Positions 1 to 10,013 of a stretch of 64,000 bases of DNA are shown piece after piece; position 1 is the first letter of the stretch, and every line of letters begins with the position of its first letter. The translations under genes and the position numbers were made by a program. Origin of the DNA: Promethearchaeota archaeon (GTDB lineage: Archaea; Asgardarchaeota; Lokiarchaeia; Sigyniarchaeales; SOKP01); NCBI GenBank assembly GCA_019058425.1, contig JAHPYZ010000011.1:5032-69031 (forward strand), in the 5' to 3' direction. The notes beneath the pieces are model-generated. The model was not told where the DNA came from, did no database searches, and saw only the letters and a list, made by a program, of their open reading frames with translations.

Positions 1-197
1 CTTTAGTATTAGCTCTTAATTCTTCATCAATTTCCATTTTTTATCACATTTTGATGTATATTTCGCTAAAATTATTGAAAAATAAGAATTTTATATATTA
101 CTTTTATAATCCTATAGTATAAAATCTTATCTTAAAAAAAACTGTTAAACTAAAAGTAGAAAAAAAATTAAGAAAAATATTTTTTAGATTATATTTT

Positions 198-1460
198 TTA
201 TCTCTCTTCTTGTATTTCTTCGAGAGTTTTACCTCTTGTTTCATAAGGTTTCAATATTAATGTAAATAGAGGTATTATCAACAATAATCCTGGTATTATC
301 CAGAATATTGTCCAATTATCCAATGCTAACAATGCTGCAGCTATTAAAGGACCAAATACATATGAGATTCTTGTACCTAACGAAGCTATACCCATTCCAG
401 TAGTTCTAATCTCTGTCCGAAAGACTTCAGTAAAATATACCATAATCCAAGTAAATAATACAGTCATAGAGAAGTATGCCAACCATAAGGTTACAGGATG
501 CCCTGTAACTCCCAATAAGATAAATCCCAGAACTGAACCAACAGTACTAAAAACAAGAGTCACCTTTCTTGAAACCCTTTCCATAACTATACCAGATACA
601 ATCGCACCTACTAAGAGCATAAGACCTGCTACTAAAATAATTGTATCCCATTGAGGATACCAACCAGTAGGGGAAGTCTCAAGATAATATTGTTGCGCCC
701 AAGAGTTTCCTACCTTTAAACCAATTGCCCATATACCATAAATTACAAATGCCATAAAAGCATATGTCCAATCTTTTTTATTAAAAGATTTTAATGCTTT
801 TTTCATCTTAAGCAGCTCATGGCCTCTTTCTTCTTTTGCTTCCACCCATCTCTTAGGTTCTTTCATGAAATACAGCAAAATTAATAATCCCATCATAACA
901 AAAGCGAAGATTCCATAGCTCCATCTCCAACCTAGACTCTCAGCAATATCATCTCCTATGATAGCAGCCAGCGGTATAAGACTAATTAAGGTTGCGATAC
1001 CTCCATAAAGAGCTCTCTTTTTAGCAGGAGACTCTTCACTTACAGGTATCTCCCATAGATTGCTGACTGTACCAGTTATAAGAATAGTATATAGAATAAA
1101 AAAACTCCAAATATTAGGTGTAAAGAATGGTATTAAAAGTGTTGGAACACCCATTAGAAGCAATAATACTAGAGTACCTTTTTTCCTGCCGAATGCGTCT
1201 GTAAACCACGACAAAATAAAGACTGAGAATGTTGCAATCCCAAAAATTCCTTGCCAAAAAGCAAAAAATTCATTAGAAGGAAGACTGTAATCTGTAAGAA
1301 TATATGGAATCACTTGTCCTTCCATTAAATTCAAATTATTATCAAGAAAACCAACTAAGCCCATGAATATAACAATGTACCATTGATATCTTTTTGATCT
1401 TAGTGTTTTTTCCTCGATTTCTTCATCTTTTTTTTTAATAAATGCGTCTACTTTTGACAT
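198..1460 (-). CDS. MFS transporter (sugar/aromatic acid type)
   Basis: About 12 hydrophobic segments; MFS motif A-like TDAFGRK and MERVSRK; C-terminal PYETRGKTLEEI typical of sugar-porter-like MFS. Confidence 0.9.
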   Translation of the reverse strand: MSKVDAFIKKKDEEIEEKTLRSKRYQWYIVIFMGLVGFLDNNLNLMEGQVIPYILTDYSLPSNEFFAFWQGIFGIATFSVFILSWFTDAFGRKKGTLVLLLLMGVPTLLIPFFTPNIWSFFILYTILITGTVSNLWEIPVSEESPAKKRALYGGIATLISLIPLAAIIGDDIAESLGWRWSYGIFAFVMMGLLILLYFMKEPKRWVEAKEERGHELLKMKKALKSFNKKDWTYAFMAFVIYGIWAIGLKVGNSWAQQYYLETSPTGWYPQWDTIILVAGLMLLVGAIVSGIVMERVSRKVTLVFSTVGSVLGFILLGVTGHPVTLWLAYFSMTVLFTWIMVYFTEVFRTEIRTTGMGIASLGTRISYVFGPLIAAALLALDNWTIFWIIPGLLLIIPLFTLILKPYETRGKTLEEIQEER

Positions 1461-1586
1461 GTATTTTACTAAGTTGTTTTTACTTATAAAGCTATAATTA
1501 TTTTTCTATTACTTCAAAGTAGTTATTTAGTGTGAGAAATGAAAAAAGAAAAAGAATAAAAAAGATTTTTTCAAAAAAAGCAAAAT

Positions 1587-2228
1587 TTAGATAATTAAGG
1601 GCTCACCGTCTTCTTCTAATATTTCAACCTTAATACTTGGTTCTTTTTTCTCAAGTAATTTCTTGAATTCACTTAAATCTTTTCCCCAGTTATGCATCGG
1701 GACAGCAATTTCAGGTTTAACATCTACTATAGAGTCAGTAGATTCATCAAAATCCATAGTATATGTTCCACCACATGGCATTAATGCAACTGTTATGTTT
1801 CGACTTGCTAGATCTTTCATTTCAGGAATTCTTTCAGTGTCCCCTGCATGGTATACACTTTTACCTTCCGCAGTTACTATTATACCTGCCCATTCATTAC
1901 GTTTAGGATGATTTGGCTTTTTGATATTATAAGCTGGAACTAACTCGATTGAAAGATCCTTATAGTCAAATGAATGTCCTAATTTCAAAGGTGTACCATC
2001 AAATTTTTGCAGACTACTAGCAATACTCTCAGGACCTATAACAACCGTATCATCACTCATCAGTTTTCTTATACTACTTGAATCAAAATGATCTCCATGA
2101 GAGTGTGTTGAAACAATTATGTCTGCTTTTTCTGCTCCTTTTTTAATTTGGTAAGGGTCAAGATATATGATTCTCCCGCTAGGAGTTTTTATTTTAAATG
2201 CAGCGTGACCTAACCACGTTATTTCCAA
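1587..2228 (-). CDS. MBL-fold metallo-hydrolase (UPF0173/Lactamase_B_3-like)
   Basis: ITWLGHAAF, THSHGDH and YHAGDT motifs, PMHNW; TTG start preceded by AGGTGG SD. Confidence 0.9.
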   Translation of the reverse strand: MEITWLGHAAFKIKTPSGRIIYLDPYQIKKGAEKADIIVSTHSHGDHFDSSSIRKLMSDDTVVIGPESIASSLQKFDGTPLKLGHSFDYKDLSIELVPAYNIKKPNHPKRNEWAGIIVTAEGKSVYHAGDTERIPEMKDLASRNITVALMPCGGTYTMDFDESTDSIVDVKPEIAVPMHNWGKDLSEFKKLLEKKEPSIKVEILEEDGEPLII

Positions 2229-2346
2229 TTAATTTCCACCTCTTTGTTGATGAATATATAATTTATTATAATGATAGGATACCTTAAAATAATAATGTAT
2301 TAATAAAGATTTGAACTATGGTATACTATAAAATTTATGAGAAGAC

Positions 2347-2709
2347 CTAGTCTTCTTCTTCAAATTCCCATTCGGGATTTTCAAGAGGAATTTTTTTTGT
2401 GATCCCATAATTATCTTCTTTTGATATATCGAGATTCTCAAACCTTTCATTGAATAATCTATCTTTAAAATTTGGGATTTCGTTAATTAATTTAGGTTTT
2501 AACACAAAATTTGGAGGATGTGCATAGATTTTTTTCGGTGTTATTTCATCTATTAACTTCTTTTCAAGGTTTAGTTTCTTTTTAGAAATAAATCTATCGA
2601 CATCAAGAACATTTGTCTCCTTTGGACTAATTGCTTTTAATGGTAAACTAGATCTTATTATTCGGCAAGTGGGACAATTAACTTCATCCAAACCGTGAAT
2701 ACAAGTCAT
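2347..2709 (-). CDS. Hypothetical protein with N-terminal CxHx6CxxC putative zinc site
   Basis: ATG start; MTCIHGLDEVNCPTC; acidic C-terminus. Confidence 0.7.
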   Translation of the reverse strand: MTCIHGLDEVNCPTCRIIRSSLPLKAISPKETNVLDVDRFISKKKLNLEKKLIDEITPKKIYAHPPNFVLKPKLINEIPNFKDRLFNERFENLDISKEDNYGITKKIPLENPEWEFEEED

Positions 2710-2825
2710 TTTTCTCTTCTATAATTTTTCCAAGTTCTAAGTATTTCGAATTACTAGTATCATATATTTTTTATTATTATAATTTTTAGATACTATATTA
2801 AAACGCACTTTTTTAATGAAATAAA

Positions 2826-3605
2826 TTGTCGATAAAAGGAGTTTTTTTTGATCTTTATGGTACAATATTGGTCCCAAAAAATAACAGAAAAGCATGGGAA
2901 AAGTGGCTATTGACTTTTTACACACTCATGAGAAATAATGGTCTAAAACTTTCAAGAAGAGATTTTAGAAATTTATGTAATGGTTTTTTATCAAGAGAAG
3001 AACCCGTAGAGAAAGATAAAATCCTAACTGTTTATGAGAATAGAATTAAAGATTTTGCTATAGATTTAGGATTAGACCTTAAAATAAATGAGATAAAAAA
3101 AATTGCCAATGAAAGTGTTATTTCTTGGCATAATTATGTGGAGATCGATCCTGAAGCTATTCCATTACTAAAAAAATTAAAAAATGAGAAATGTCTTGCC
3201 TTGATAACTAATTTTGATCATCCTCCTTATATCTACTTAGTTTTATCCAAATACAAGCTCATGGAATATTTTAAATATATAACTATTTCAGGAGAAATTG
3301 GCATCAAAAAACCCGATCCAAGAATTTTCGATAAGCCTCTTGAAAAATTTGAATTAAAACCACAAGAAGTTTTATACATTGGAGATAGTAGTGAAGATAT
3401 TGAAGGTTCTCTAAAAGCTGGTATTAAGCCTATATTGATACAACGTCAAAATTTTAAGAAAAGATTGATAGGAAATGATTATTTCTCAAATAAAAAAGTA
3501 AAAGAAAAAGAATTAACCATCAATAATCTAAATTTAATACCTTTTAAAACTATTTCACGACTAGGTGAGCTATATCAAATACTCGGTTTACTATCAACTT
3601 CTTAA
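2826..3605 (+). CDS. HAD-family hydrolase
   Basis: FFDLYGT motif I, ITNFD motif II, KKPDPRIF and IGDSSEDI motifs III/IV. Confidence 0.9.
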   Translation: MSIKGVFFDLYGTILVPKNNRKAWEKWLLTFYTLMRNNGLKLSRRDFRNLCNGFLSREEPVEKDKILTVYENRIKDFAIDLGLDLKINEIKKIANESVISWHNYVEIDPEAIPLLKKLKNEKCLALITNFDHPPYIYLVLSKYKLMEYFKYITISGEIGIKKPDPRIFDKPLEKFELKPQEVLYIGDSSEDIEGSLKAGIKPILIQRQNFKKRLIGNDYFSNKKVKEKELTINNLNLIPFKTISRLGELYQILGLLSTS

Positions 3606-3742
3606 TTCAATAGAAGGTGTCTATATATCATGATGAATGATATTTTTTATAAACTTTATAAATTTAAGTCAATTTTACCTAGTATTCAAAGATAAAAATA
3701 TTTACTTTTATCCAATAAGAACAACCAAAAAGTGAAAATGTA

Positions 3743-5509
3743 ATGACAGAATGGCAAGTTAATGAAGATAAAGCATGGTTTAAGAAATGGTGGCCAGAAA
3801 GAACACCAAAAAATCATAAATTCGAAAAAATTTCATTAGGAGAGTTCTTTGAGAGACAACGAGGAAAATATCCTAATGAAAGGCTAATGTGGTTTATAGA
3901 ATCATGGATGACTTATGAAGAAACAGGACAAGCCATTGATTCTTTAGCAACCGCTCTAGATAAGTTAGGCGTGAAGAAAGGAGATGTAGTTGCATATTTA
4001 ATGCCAAATTGCTTTCAATATGTTATTTGTTTTTATGCAACTGTAAAACTAGGTGCAATTGCAACTGGTATAAATCCCACTTATAAGCCTTTAGAAGTAC
4101 TACATCAACTTAAAATGACTAATTCTAAGGTTTTAATTACCTTAGATGCATTGTATGGAGAATTCGTACGCCCAATTATTAGTAGAACAAATATTGAGAT
4201 GGTAATTTATACAAATATTGCAGATTTAGCTTCAGGGTTATCAGGAATAAAGAAGAAATTAGGGAAAATGATTGGTAAAATCCCTACAGGAAAAGTTGAT
4301 TTTCCTAGTGCAATTAATTTTATGGATCTTCTTAATACTGAACCTGATATTCCAGAAGTAGAATTTGATCCTACTGAACATACAGCTACTTTTATTATGA
4401 CTGGTGGAACAACAGGTGTACCAAAAGCAACAGTCTTGACGCATTATAATTTAGTTTCTAATGCAATCCAATGCGTATTATGGGTAGGTGGTGAGGATCC
4501 AGGCGTAGGTGATATTGGGGCAATTCCACTATATCATTCATTTGCAATGACCGCAGTTATGAATGTAGCCATAGGTTTAGGGGGATGGATGATGCTCTTT
4601 CCAAGACCTCCTCCAACTGGTGATTTTTTAAAGGAAATTACTCATATTGAAGCTCCAAAAGGCCTCTTTTATGCTGGCGCTGAAATACTATTCAAAAGAA
4701 TAGCGGATTTTCCAGATTTAAAGAAATTTCCAGAAGTAATGGGGAAATTAAGACTCTGTATTTCAGGTGCGGGACCTCTACATGCTCCTGTGCAAAAATC
4801 ATTCCAAGAAAATACTAAAGGAAGAATTGTAGAAGGATATGGGCTCTCAGAATCAAGTCCAGTAGTAAGTGCAGGAAATTTATTTGGCGAGAGCCCAATT
4901 GGAACCATTGGAATGCCATTGACGGGTACAGATTGGGGAATTTTCGATGCAGAAGAATTTGAAAAAGGACCAATAGCGAATGGGTCATCTGGGTCAAAAT
5001 ATGGTGAGGAAAATACTGGAGAGATTTGTGTATGTGGTCCCCAAGTTATGAAAGGATATTTAAACCAACCAGAAGAAACAGCAGATACGTTGAAAAAATG
5101 GGATGGTCGAACATGGCTACTAACGGGTGATATTGGATTTATGAATGAAGATGGTACGATCGCGATAAGAGATAGGAAGAAACAATTAATCAAAGTTGCA
5201 GGTCACTCAGTCTTCCCCGCGGAAGTTGAAACTATGCTTATGAGTCATGAGGCTGTTTCTGAAGCAGCTGTTGCAGGACTACCCGATCCCGCAGGTAAAG
5301 TAGGAGAAATTACGAAAGCATGGGTTGCCTTGAGACCTGAATATCAAGGTAAAATCACAGGAGAAGAATTGATAGCTTGGACTGAAAAAAACATGACTAA
5401 ATGGAAATGTCCCGCTTTGATTGATATAATTGAGGAAGTTCCTAAGAGTGTTATGGGAAAAGTCCAGAGACGTGTTCTCCAAGAAGCTGATCCTTTATTT
5501 AAAAAATAA
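3743..5509 (+). CDS. Long-chain acyl-CoA synthetase (AMP-binding)
   Basis: MTGGTTGVPKA, EGYGLSE, TGDIG, DRKKQLIK and KSVMGKV adenylation motifs. Confidence 0.93.
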   Translation: MTEWQVNEDKAWFKKWWPERTPKNHKFEKISLGEFFERQRGKYPNERLMWFIESWMTYEETGQAIDSLATALDKLGVKKGDVVAYLMPNCFQYVICFYATVKLGAIATGINPTYKPLEVLHQLKMTNSKVLITLDALYGEFVRPIISRTNIEMVIYTNIADLASGLSGIKKKLGKMIGKIPTGKVDFPSAINFMDLLNTEPDIPEVEFDPTEHTATFIMTGGTTGVPKATVLTHYNLVSNAIQCVLWVGGEDPGVGDIGAIPLYHSFAMTAVMNVAIGLGGWMMLFPRPPPTGDFLKEITHIEAPKGLFYAGAEILFKRIADFPDLKKFPEVMGKLRLCISGAGPLHAPVQKSFQENTKGRIVEGYGLSESSPVVSAGNLFGESPIGTIGMPLTGTDWGIFDAEEFEKGPIANGSSGSKYGEENTGEICVCGPQVMKGYLNQPEETADTLKKWDGRTWLLTGDIGFMNEDGTIAIRDRKKQLIKVAGHSVFPAEVETMLMSHEAVSEAAVAGLPDPAGKVGEITKAWVALRPEYQGKITGEELIAWTEKNMTKWKCPALIDIIEEVPKSVMGKVQRRVLQEADPLFKK

Positions 5510-5873
5510 TTTTATACCTATTTTTTTTTAATAGACTAATAAAAATTAAACTTGGATATCTACCTTCGAAATTCATGATTTGCCTTACAATCTTGCGTTA
5601 AATCTTTCCTAAATATATAACATCTCTTAAATCATTGCTGATCCATCCTTGTCCATCATATTCAGAGAAGCGTGGAAGATTTGTAACAAAATTGTATCTA
5701 ATTGGCTTTCTGTCACAAGTTTTTATTATATAAATAGTAAAAAGCGAATATCTCTGAAGAGTTCAACCTTCTTTTGAAAATAAAATCAAGATATTCCTAT
5801 AATTTGCGAAATTTAATAAAGTATGACCCTTTTAAACTATTATAGCAAAATCAAATAAATCCTCGTTATAAAA

Positions 5874-6437
5874 ATGTCTGAAGTTAAAGAAGATAAAGCT
5901 TTTCCCTTTATTGAGGGAGAAAATGTTTCTCTTTGTCCATTAAATATGGATCACATTAATCTCTATGCTAAATGGATGAACGATCCAAAAATACGTAAAT
6001 TTGAAAGGAATAAATTTCCCCAAACTGTTGAAGATGTGAAAAAATCTTTTGAGTCTAAAAATCAAGATGTAAAAGTAGAATTGTATTTTGAAATATGGCA
6101 CAAGAATGATAAGAAACCTATAGGATATATAGGATTTCCTCATATTCAGTGGTTTATACGAAATGCTTTCATATTTTTTCTAATTGGAGATACCAACTAT
6201 TGGGGACAAAACATTGCAACAGAAGCAGGAAAACTAGTAGTTAATTACGGTTTTAGTGAACTTAATCTACATAAAATAACAGCTCGAACAATTTCTACAA
6301 ATATGTCCTCTATAAGAGTAGCTGAGAAAATTGGATTTACACATGAAATAACTCTTAAGAAAGAAGTATACATAGATGGTAAACACGTTGATATTGTAGA
6401 GTATGCTCTTTTTAAAGAAGATTGGATGAAATCTTAA
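5874..6437 (+). CDS. GNAT N-acetyltransferase, RimJ/RimL family (copy 1 of 4)
   Basis: YWGQNIATEA acetyl-CoA motif A; NMSSIRVAEKIGF motif B. Confidence 0.9.
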   Translation: MSEVKEDKAFPFIEGENVSLCPLNMDHINLYAKWMNDPKIRKFERNKFPQTVEDVKKSFESKNQDVKVELYFEIWHKNDKKPIGYIGFPHIQWFIRNAFIFFLIGDTNYWGQNIATEAGKLVVNYGFSELNLHKITARTISTNMSSIRVAEKIGFTHEITLKKEVYIDGKHVDIVEYALFKEDWMKS

Positions 6438-6482
6438 TAATCATCAATAAACCAATTTGTTATTATATAAAAGGTAATCGAA

Positions 6483-7073
6483 ATGGCAGAAAAAGAAAAA
6501 TCTATTGATAAACATAATTCAGAAGCTTTTCCTTTTATAAGAGGCAAAATAATTGATCTATGTCCACAAAAATCTGAATATGTGAAATTATATATTAAAT
6601 GGAAAAATAACCCTAAAGTTCGTAAATATTCTCGAAATGTAGTACCCAGGACTAAAGAACAACAGAAAAAAAGATTCGAAGAAATAAGGGAAGGATTTAG
6701 AGATCATATCTCTTTAGATATATGGCATAAAAAAGATAAAAAGCTAATAGGTCAGTGTGGATTAGCATGGATTAATTGGGTCAGTGGATGGGCAAATGCG
6801 TTTCTTTTTATTGGTGAGCCTGAGTATTGGGGGAAAAATATCGCTACTGAAGCTACTGAATTACTTGTTGAATACGCTTTCAATGAATTAAATCTAAAGA
6901 AAATACAAGGTGGAGCAGCAATTGAAAATATAGGTTCATGGAGTGTTGCTGAAAAGGTTGGATTTAAATTTGAAGGAATAAGAAAACATTCAATGTATGT
7001 TGATGGAAAGTTCGTTGATGTCAAGGTACATAGTTTGCATAAGGAAGATTGGATAAAAAGTAAAAAAGACTAA
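6483..7073 (+). CDS. GNAT N-acetyltransferase, RimJ/RimL family (copy 2 of 4)
   Basis: YWGKNIATEA; NIGSWSVAEKVGFKFEG. Confidence 0.9.
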   Translation: MAEKEKSIDKHNSEAFPFIRGKIIDLCPQKSEYVKLYIKWKNNPKVRKYSRNVVPRTKEQQKKRFEEIREGFRDHISLDIWHKKDKKLIGQCGLAWINWVSGWANAFLFIGEPEYWGKNIATEATELLVEYAFNELNLKKIQGGAAIENIGSWSVAEKVGFKFEGIRKHSMYVDGKFVDVKVHSLHKEDWIKSKKD

Positions 7074-7139
7074 ACCAACTTTTTCAATATTTTACATTAT
7101 TACTAGCCAAAAATGAAAATAAAAAAAAATTGTAAAGAT

Positions 7140-7706
7140 ATGAAAGAAAACAAAGTAATTAATTCTGTTCCCTTCTTAGAAGGAAATATTGTTGACTTAT
7201 GTTCGATCAACTTAGAGCATGTAAATTTGTATAATAAGTGGGGCAATGATCCCAATGTTCGTATATACTCCAGAAACGTGATTCCTTGGAATTTAGAGGA
7301 AGTAAAAAAATGGCTCGAACAACAGAAAGAAGGTATAAAAACAAACGTTATATTCGAAATTTGGCACAGGAATGATAAGAAACCTATTGGAACCGCAGGA
7401 TTATCTGATATTAAGTGGTTTAATAGAAATGCTAATTTATATGTAGATATTGGAGAACCAGAATATTGGGGGCATAATATTGCTCCTGAAGTAAGTAAAT
7501 TGCTGATTGATTACGGGTTTGAAGAACTAAACTTACATAAAATTTATGTGGGGATTTATTCGCCTAATAAAAGATCTTTACGAGCAGCAGAAAAAATTGG
7601 CTTTAAGTACGAAGCTACACTTAGGGAACAGATCTATATTGCCGGAGAATACGTTGATGAAATAAAATTTGCTATTTTCAAGAAAGACTGGTTAAGCTCC
7701 AAATAA
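7140..7706 (+). CDS. GNAT N-acetyltransferase, RimJ/RimL family (copy 3 of 4); start 7140 or 7113
   Basis: YWGHNIAPEV; NKRSLRAAEKIGF; the ATG at 7140 aligns with the paralog N-termini. Confidence 0.88.
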   Translation: MKENKVINSVPFLEGNIVDLCSINLEHVNLYNKWGNDPNVRIYSRNVIPWNLEEVKKWLEQQKEGIKTNVIFEIWHRNDKKPIGTAGLSDIKWFNRNANLYVDIGEPEYWGHNIAPEVSKLLIDYGFEELNLHKIYVGIYSPNKRSLRAAEKIGFKYEATLREQIYIAGEYVDEIKFAIFKKDWLSSK

Positions 7707-7760
7707 TGTGTTAAATAAAGTTTTATTAAAAATATAGTTAATTAAGGTTTGATGAAATAT

Positions 7761-8336
7761 ATGGTAGAAAAAGAAGAAAAAATAGTTCCAGTTTTTATTG
7801 AGGGAAATGAGATAAGTCTTGCAGTCCAAGATTCAGATCACGTTGACTTATATGCAAAATGGATAAATAATCCAAAAGTTCGTGTATTTGCTCGATCGGA
7901 AACACCTATAAGAGTTGAAGATATTAAGAAATGGTTTGAACCTCGGAAAGGAAGAGTACCAAAATTTATAGTCTTTGATATTTGGCATAAAAAAGATAAA
8001 AAACCAATAGGTCAGTGTGGTTTATCATGGATTAATTGGGTCAATGGATGGGCAAATGCTTTTCTTTCTATTGGCGAGCCTGAGTATTGGGGGAAAAACA
8101 TCGCTACTGAAGCTACTGAAATGCTTGTTGAATATGCCTTCAATGAATTGAATCTTAATAAATTACAGGGTGGTGCTGCTGTTGAAAATATAGGTTCATG
8201 GAGTGTTGCTGAAAAAGTTGGATTTCAATTCGAAGGAATACGCAAAGATAGCATGTATGTTAACGGTAAATATCATAATGGCAAAACTTACCGTATCTTA
8301 AAAGAAGAATGGATGAAATATAAAGAAAATAAATAG
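7761..8336 (+). CDS. GNAT N-acetyltransferase, RimJ/RimL family (copy 4 of 4); start between 7749 and 7761
   Basis: YWGKNIATEA; NIGSWSVAEKVGFQFEG. Confidence 0.88.
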   Translation: MVEKEEKIVPVFIEGNEISLAVQDSDHVDLYAKWINNPKVRVFARSETPIRVEDIKKWFEPRKGRVPKFIVFDIWHKKDKKPIGQCGLSWINWVNGWANAFLSIGEPEYWGKNIATEATEMLVEYAFNELNLNKLQGGAAVENIGSWSVAEKVGFQFEGIRKDSMYVNGKYHNGKTYRILKEEWMKYKENK

Positions 8337-8616
8337 TTTTTTTCAATACTATCAGATTATCCCCTAAAAATCAAAAAATTTGATGATCTAATAATAACAG
8401 TCTTCTTTCAAAAATAGAGCAAATCTATAAATAAAATCTTGTTCCATGACAATTCCCCTCTCTCTAAGGTGAATCATTTTTACAAACTCATTAGATTTCC
8501 AGTTTTGAATCATGTCTTCAGGATAACAATTGTAAATCAAACTAAGATTCAAGATATTTAGATTATTCAATTATGAATTTCATAAACTTTTGAAATAATC
8601 AATAATTTATTTTTCT

Positions 8617-9909
8617 ATGGAGTCAACTGCTTCTAAACACACCTTTAAGAGTTATCTTTTTTTCTGGGGAGGGCAATTATTTTCATTATTAGGCTCATCT
8701 ATCGTTCGGTTTGTCATAGTCGTGTGGATAGCTTTAGAAACACTGAGTCCAATTTTTGTTTCTATTGCATTTTTCTTGGGTGCGCTTCCAATGGTTATGA
8801 TTCCTCCCATCTTGGGGGTGTTTATCGACAGATGGAATAGAAAACTTACTATTGCATTAGCAGATTCACTTCAAGCTTTCATAACTTTTATGATGATAAT
8901 ACTTTTTTTGACAGGTGTTGCTAATTATTGGCTTATAGTTTTACTTAATGTTCTTCGTGGAATATGCCAAGCTATTCATTTCCCTACTGTGAATGCTATT
9001 ATACCTATAATGATACCAAAAAAATATTTAAGCAGAATGAATGCAATCAACTACTTATTCACAGGTGTTATACAAGTAATTGGTCCCATCATAGGTGGTT
9101 TCTTATTAGCTTTCTTTAAAATTGAACAAATACTTTGGGTTGATATTTTCACTTTTCTAATTGCAATTATTCCATTAGTCCTCATTACCATTCCCTCTAT
9201 CAAGTTAAATTCAGAAAAATCTGAAAAAGTTTCCTATTCAAAAGATTTCAAACAAGGTATAAGAACCTTAAAATCTGTTAAGAGCTTTCTTATATTGATA
9301 GTATTTATTTCCGTGATTAATTTATTAAATATGCCCTTTACGGCCCTGATGTCTCTATTTGTTTTTATAAATCACGGTGGAGAAGAAATAAATTATGCTT
9401 TTATAATGGCATTTTTACAAATGGGTATTGTCATAGGCGCAATGATAGCTTTATTAAAAAAGCATTGGAAACATAAAGAATTAATCATATTATGGTCTGT
9501 GTTTATTGGAATTGGTGGGTATTTAATAACAACTTTAGCTCCGACAGGTAATTTCCTATTAATGGGTATTGGAGCCTTAATTCATGGAGCTTTAATTCCA
9601 ATAGCAAATACAATGTTTCTTACAATATTACAAACAAAGATTCCTCCAGAATCCCAAGGAAGAGTATTCTCGATTGTTATTAGCATTGCAGCGGCAGTTA
9701 CACCTCTCGGAATGATAATTTCTGGGCCATTAGCAGAATTATTTGGAATCAGATTGTTATTTATTATATTTTTGTATTTACAATTTGTAAGTATTATGGT
9801 AACTTGGTTTTTCACCAATCTAAAAAATATTATACATAATGAATCGAGAGATGAAGTTATAGAACAACAAGAGGATGTAAGTTTAAGACCTGAACAAATT
9901 GAGTTTTAA
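8617..9909 (+). CDS. MFS efflux transporter, DHA3/MefA-like
   Basis: FFWGGQLFSLLGS, GVFIDRWNRK, QGRVFS; about 12 TM segments. Confidence 0.88.
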   Translation: MESTASKHTFKSYLFFWGGQLFSLLGSSIVRFVIVVWIALETLSPIFVSIAFFLGALPMVMIPPILGVFIDRWNRKLTIALADSLQAFITFMMIILFLTGVANYWLIVLLNVLRGICQAIHFPTVNAIIPIMIPKKYLSRMNAINYLFTGVIQVIGPIIGGFLLAFFKIEQILWVDIFTFLIAIIPLVLITIPSIKLNSEKSEKVSYSKDFKQGIRTLKSVKSFLILIVFISVINLLNMPFTALMSLFVFINHGGEEINYAFIMAFLQMGIVIGAMIALLKKHWKHKELIILWSVFIGIGGYLITTLAPTGNFLLMGIGALIHGALIPIANTMFLTILQTKIPPESQGRVFSIVISIAAAVTPLGMIISGPLAELFGIRLLFIIFLYLQFVSIMVTWFFTNLKNIIHNESRDEVIEQQEDVSLRPEQIEF

Positions 9910-10013
9910 TCCTCTTTTATTGATTTAGACGGTTTGTCAATAAATTTTAATTATTGTTTTAATTCCATAAAAATATTCTAAAAGAAATTTAATAGAACAA
10001 CTTAATTCTTACG

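Noticed and set aside
8388-8570. 60-aa intergenic minus-strand ORF
   Set aside because: TTG start without an SD and no recognisable motif; it may be a remnant but cannot be supported.
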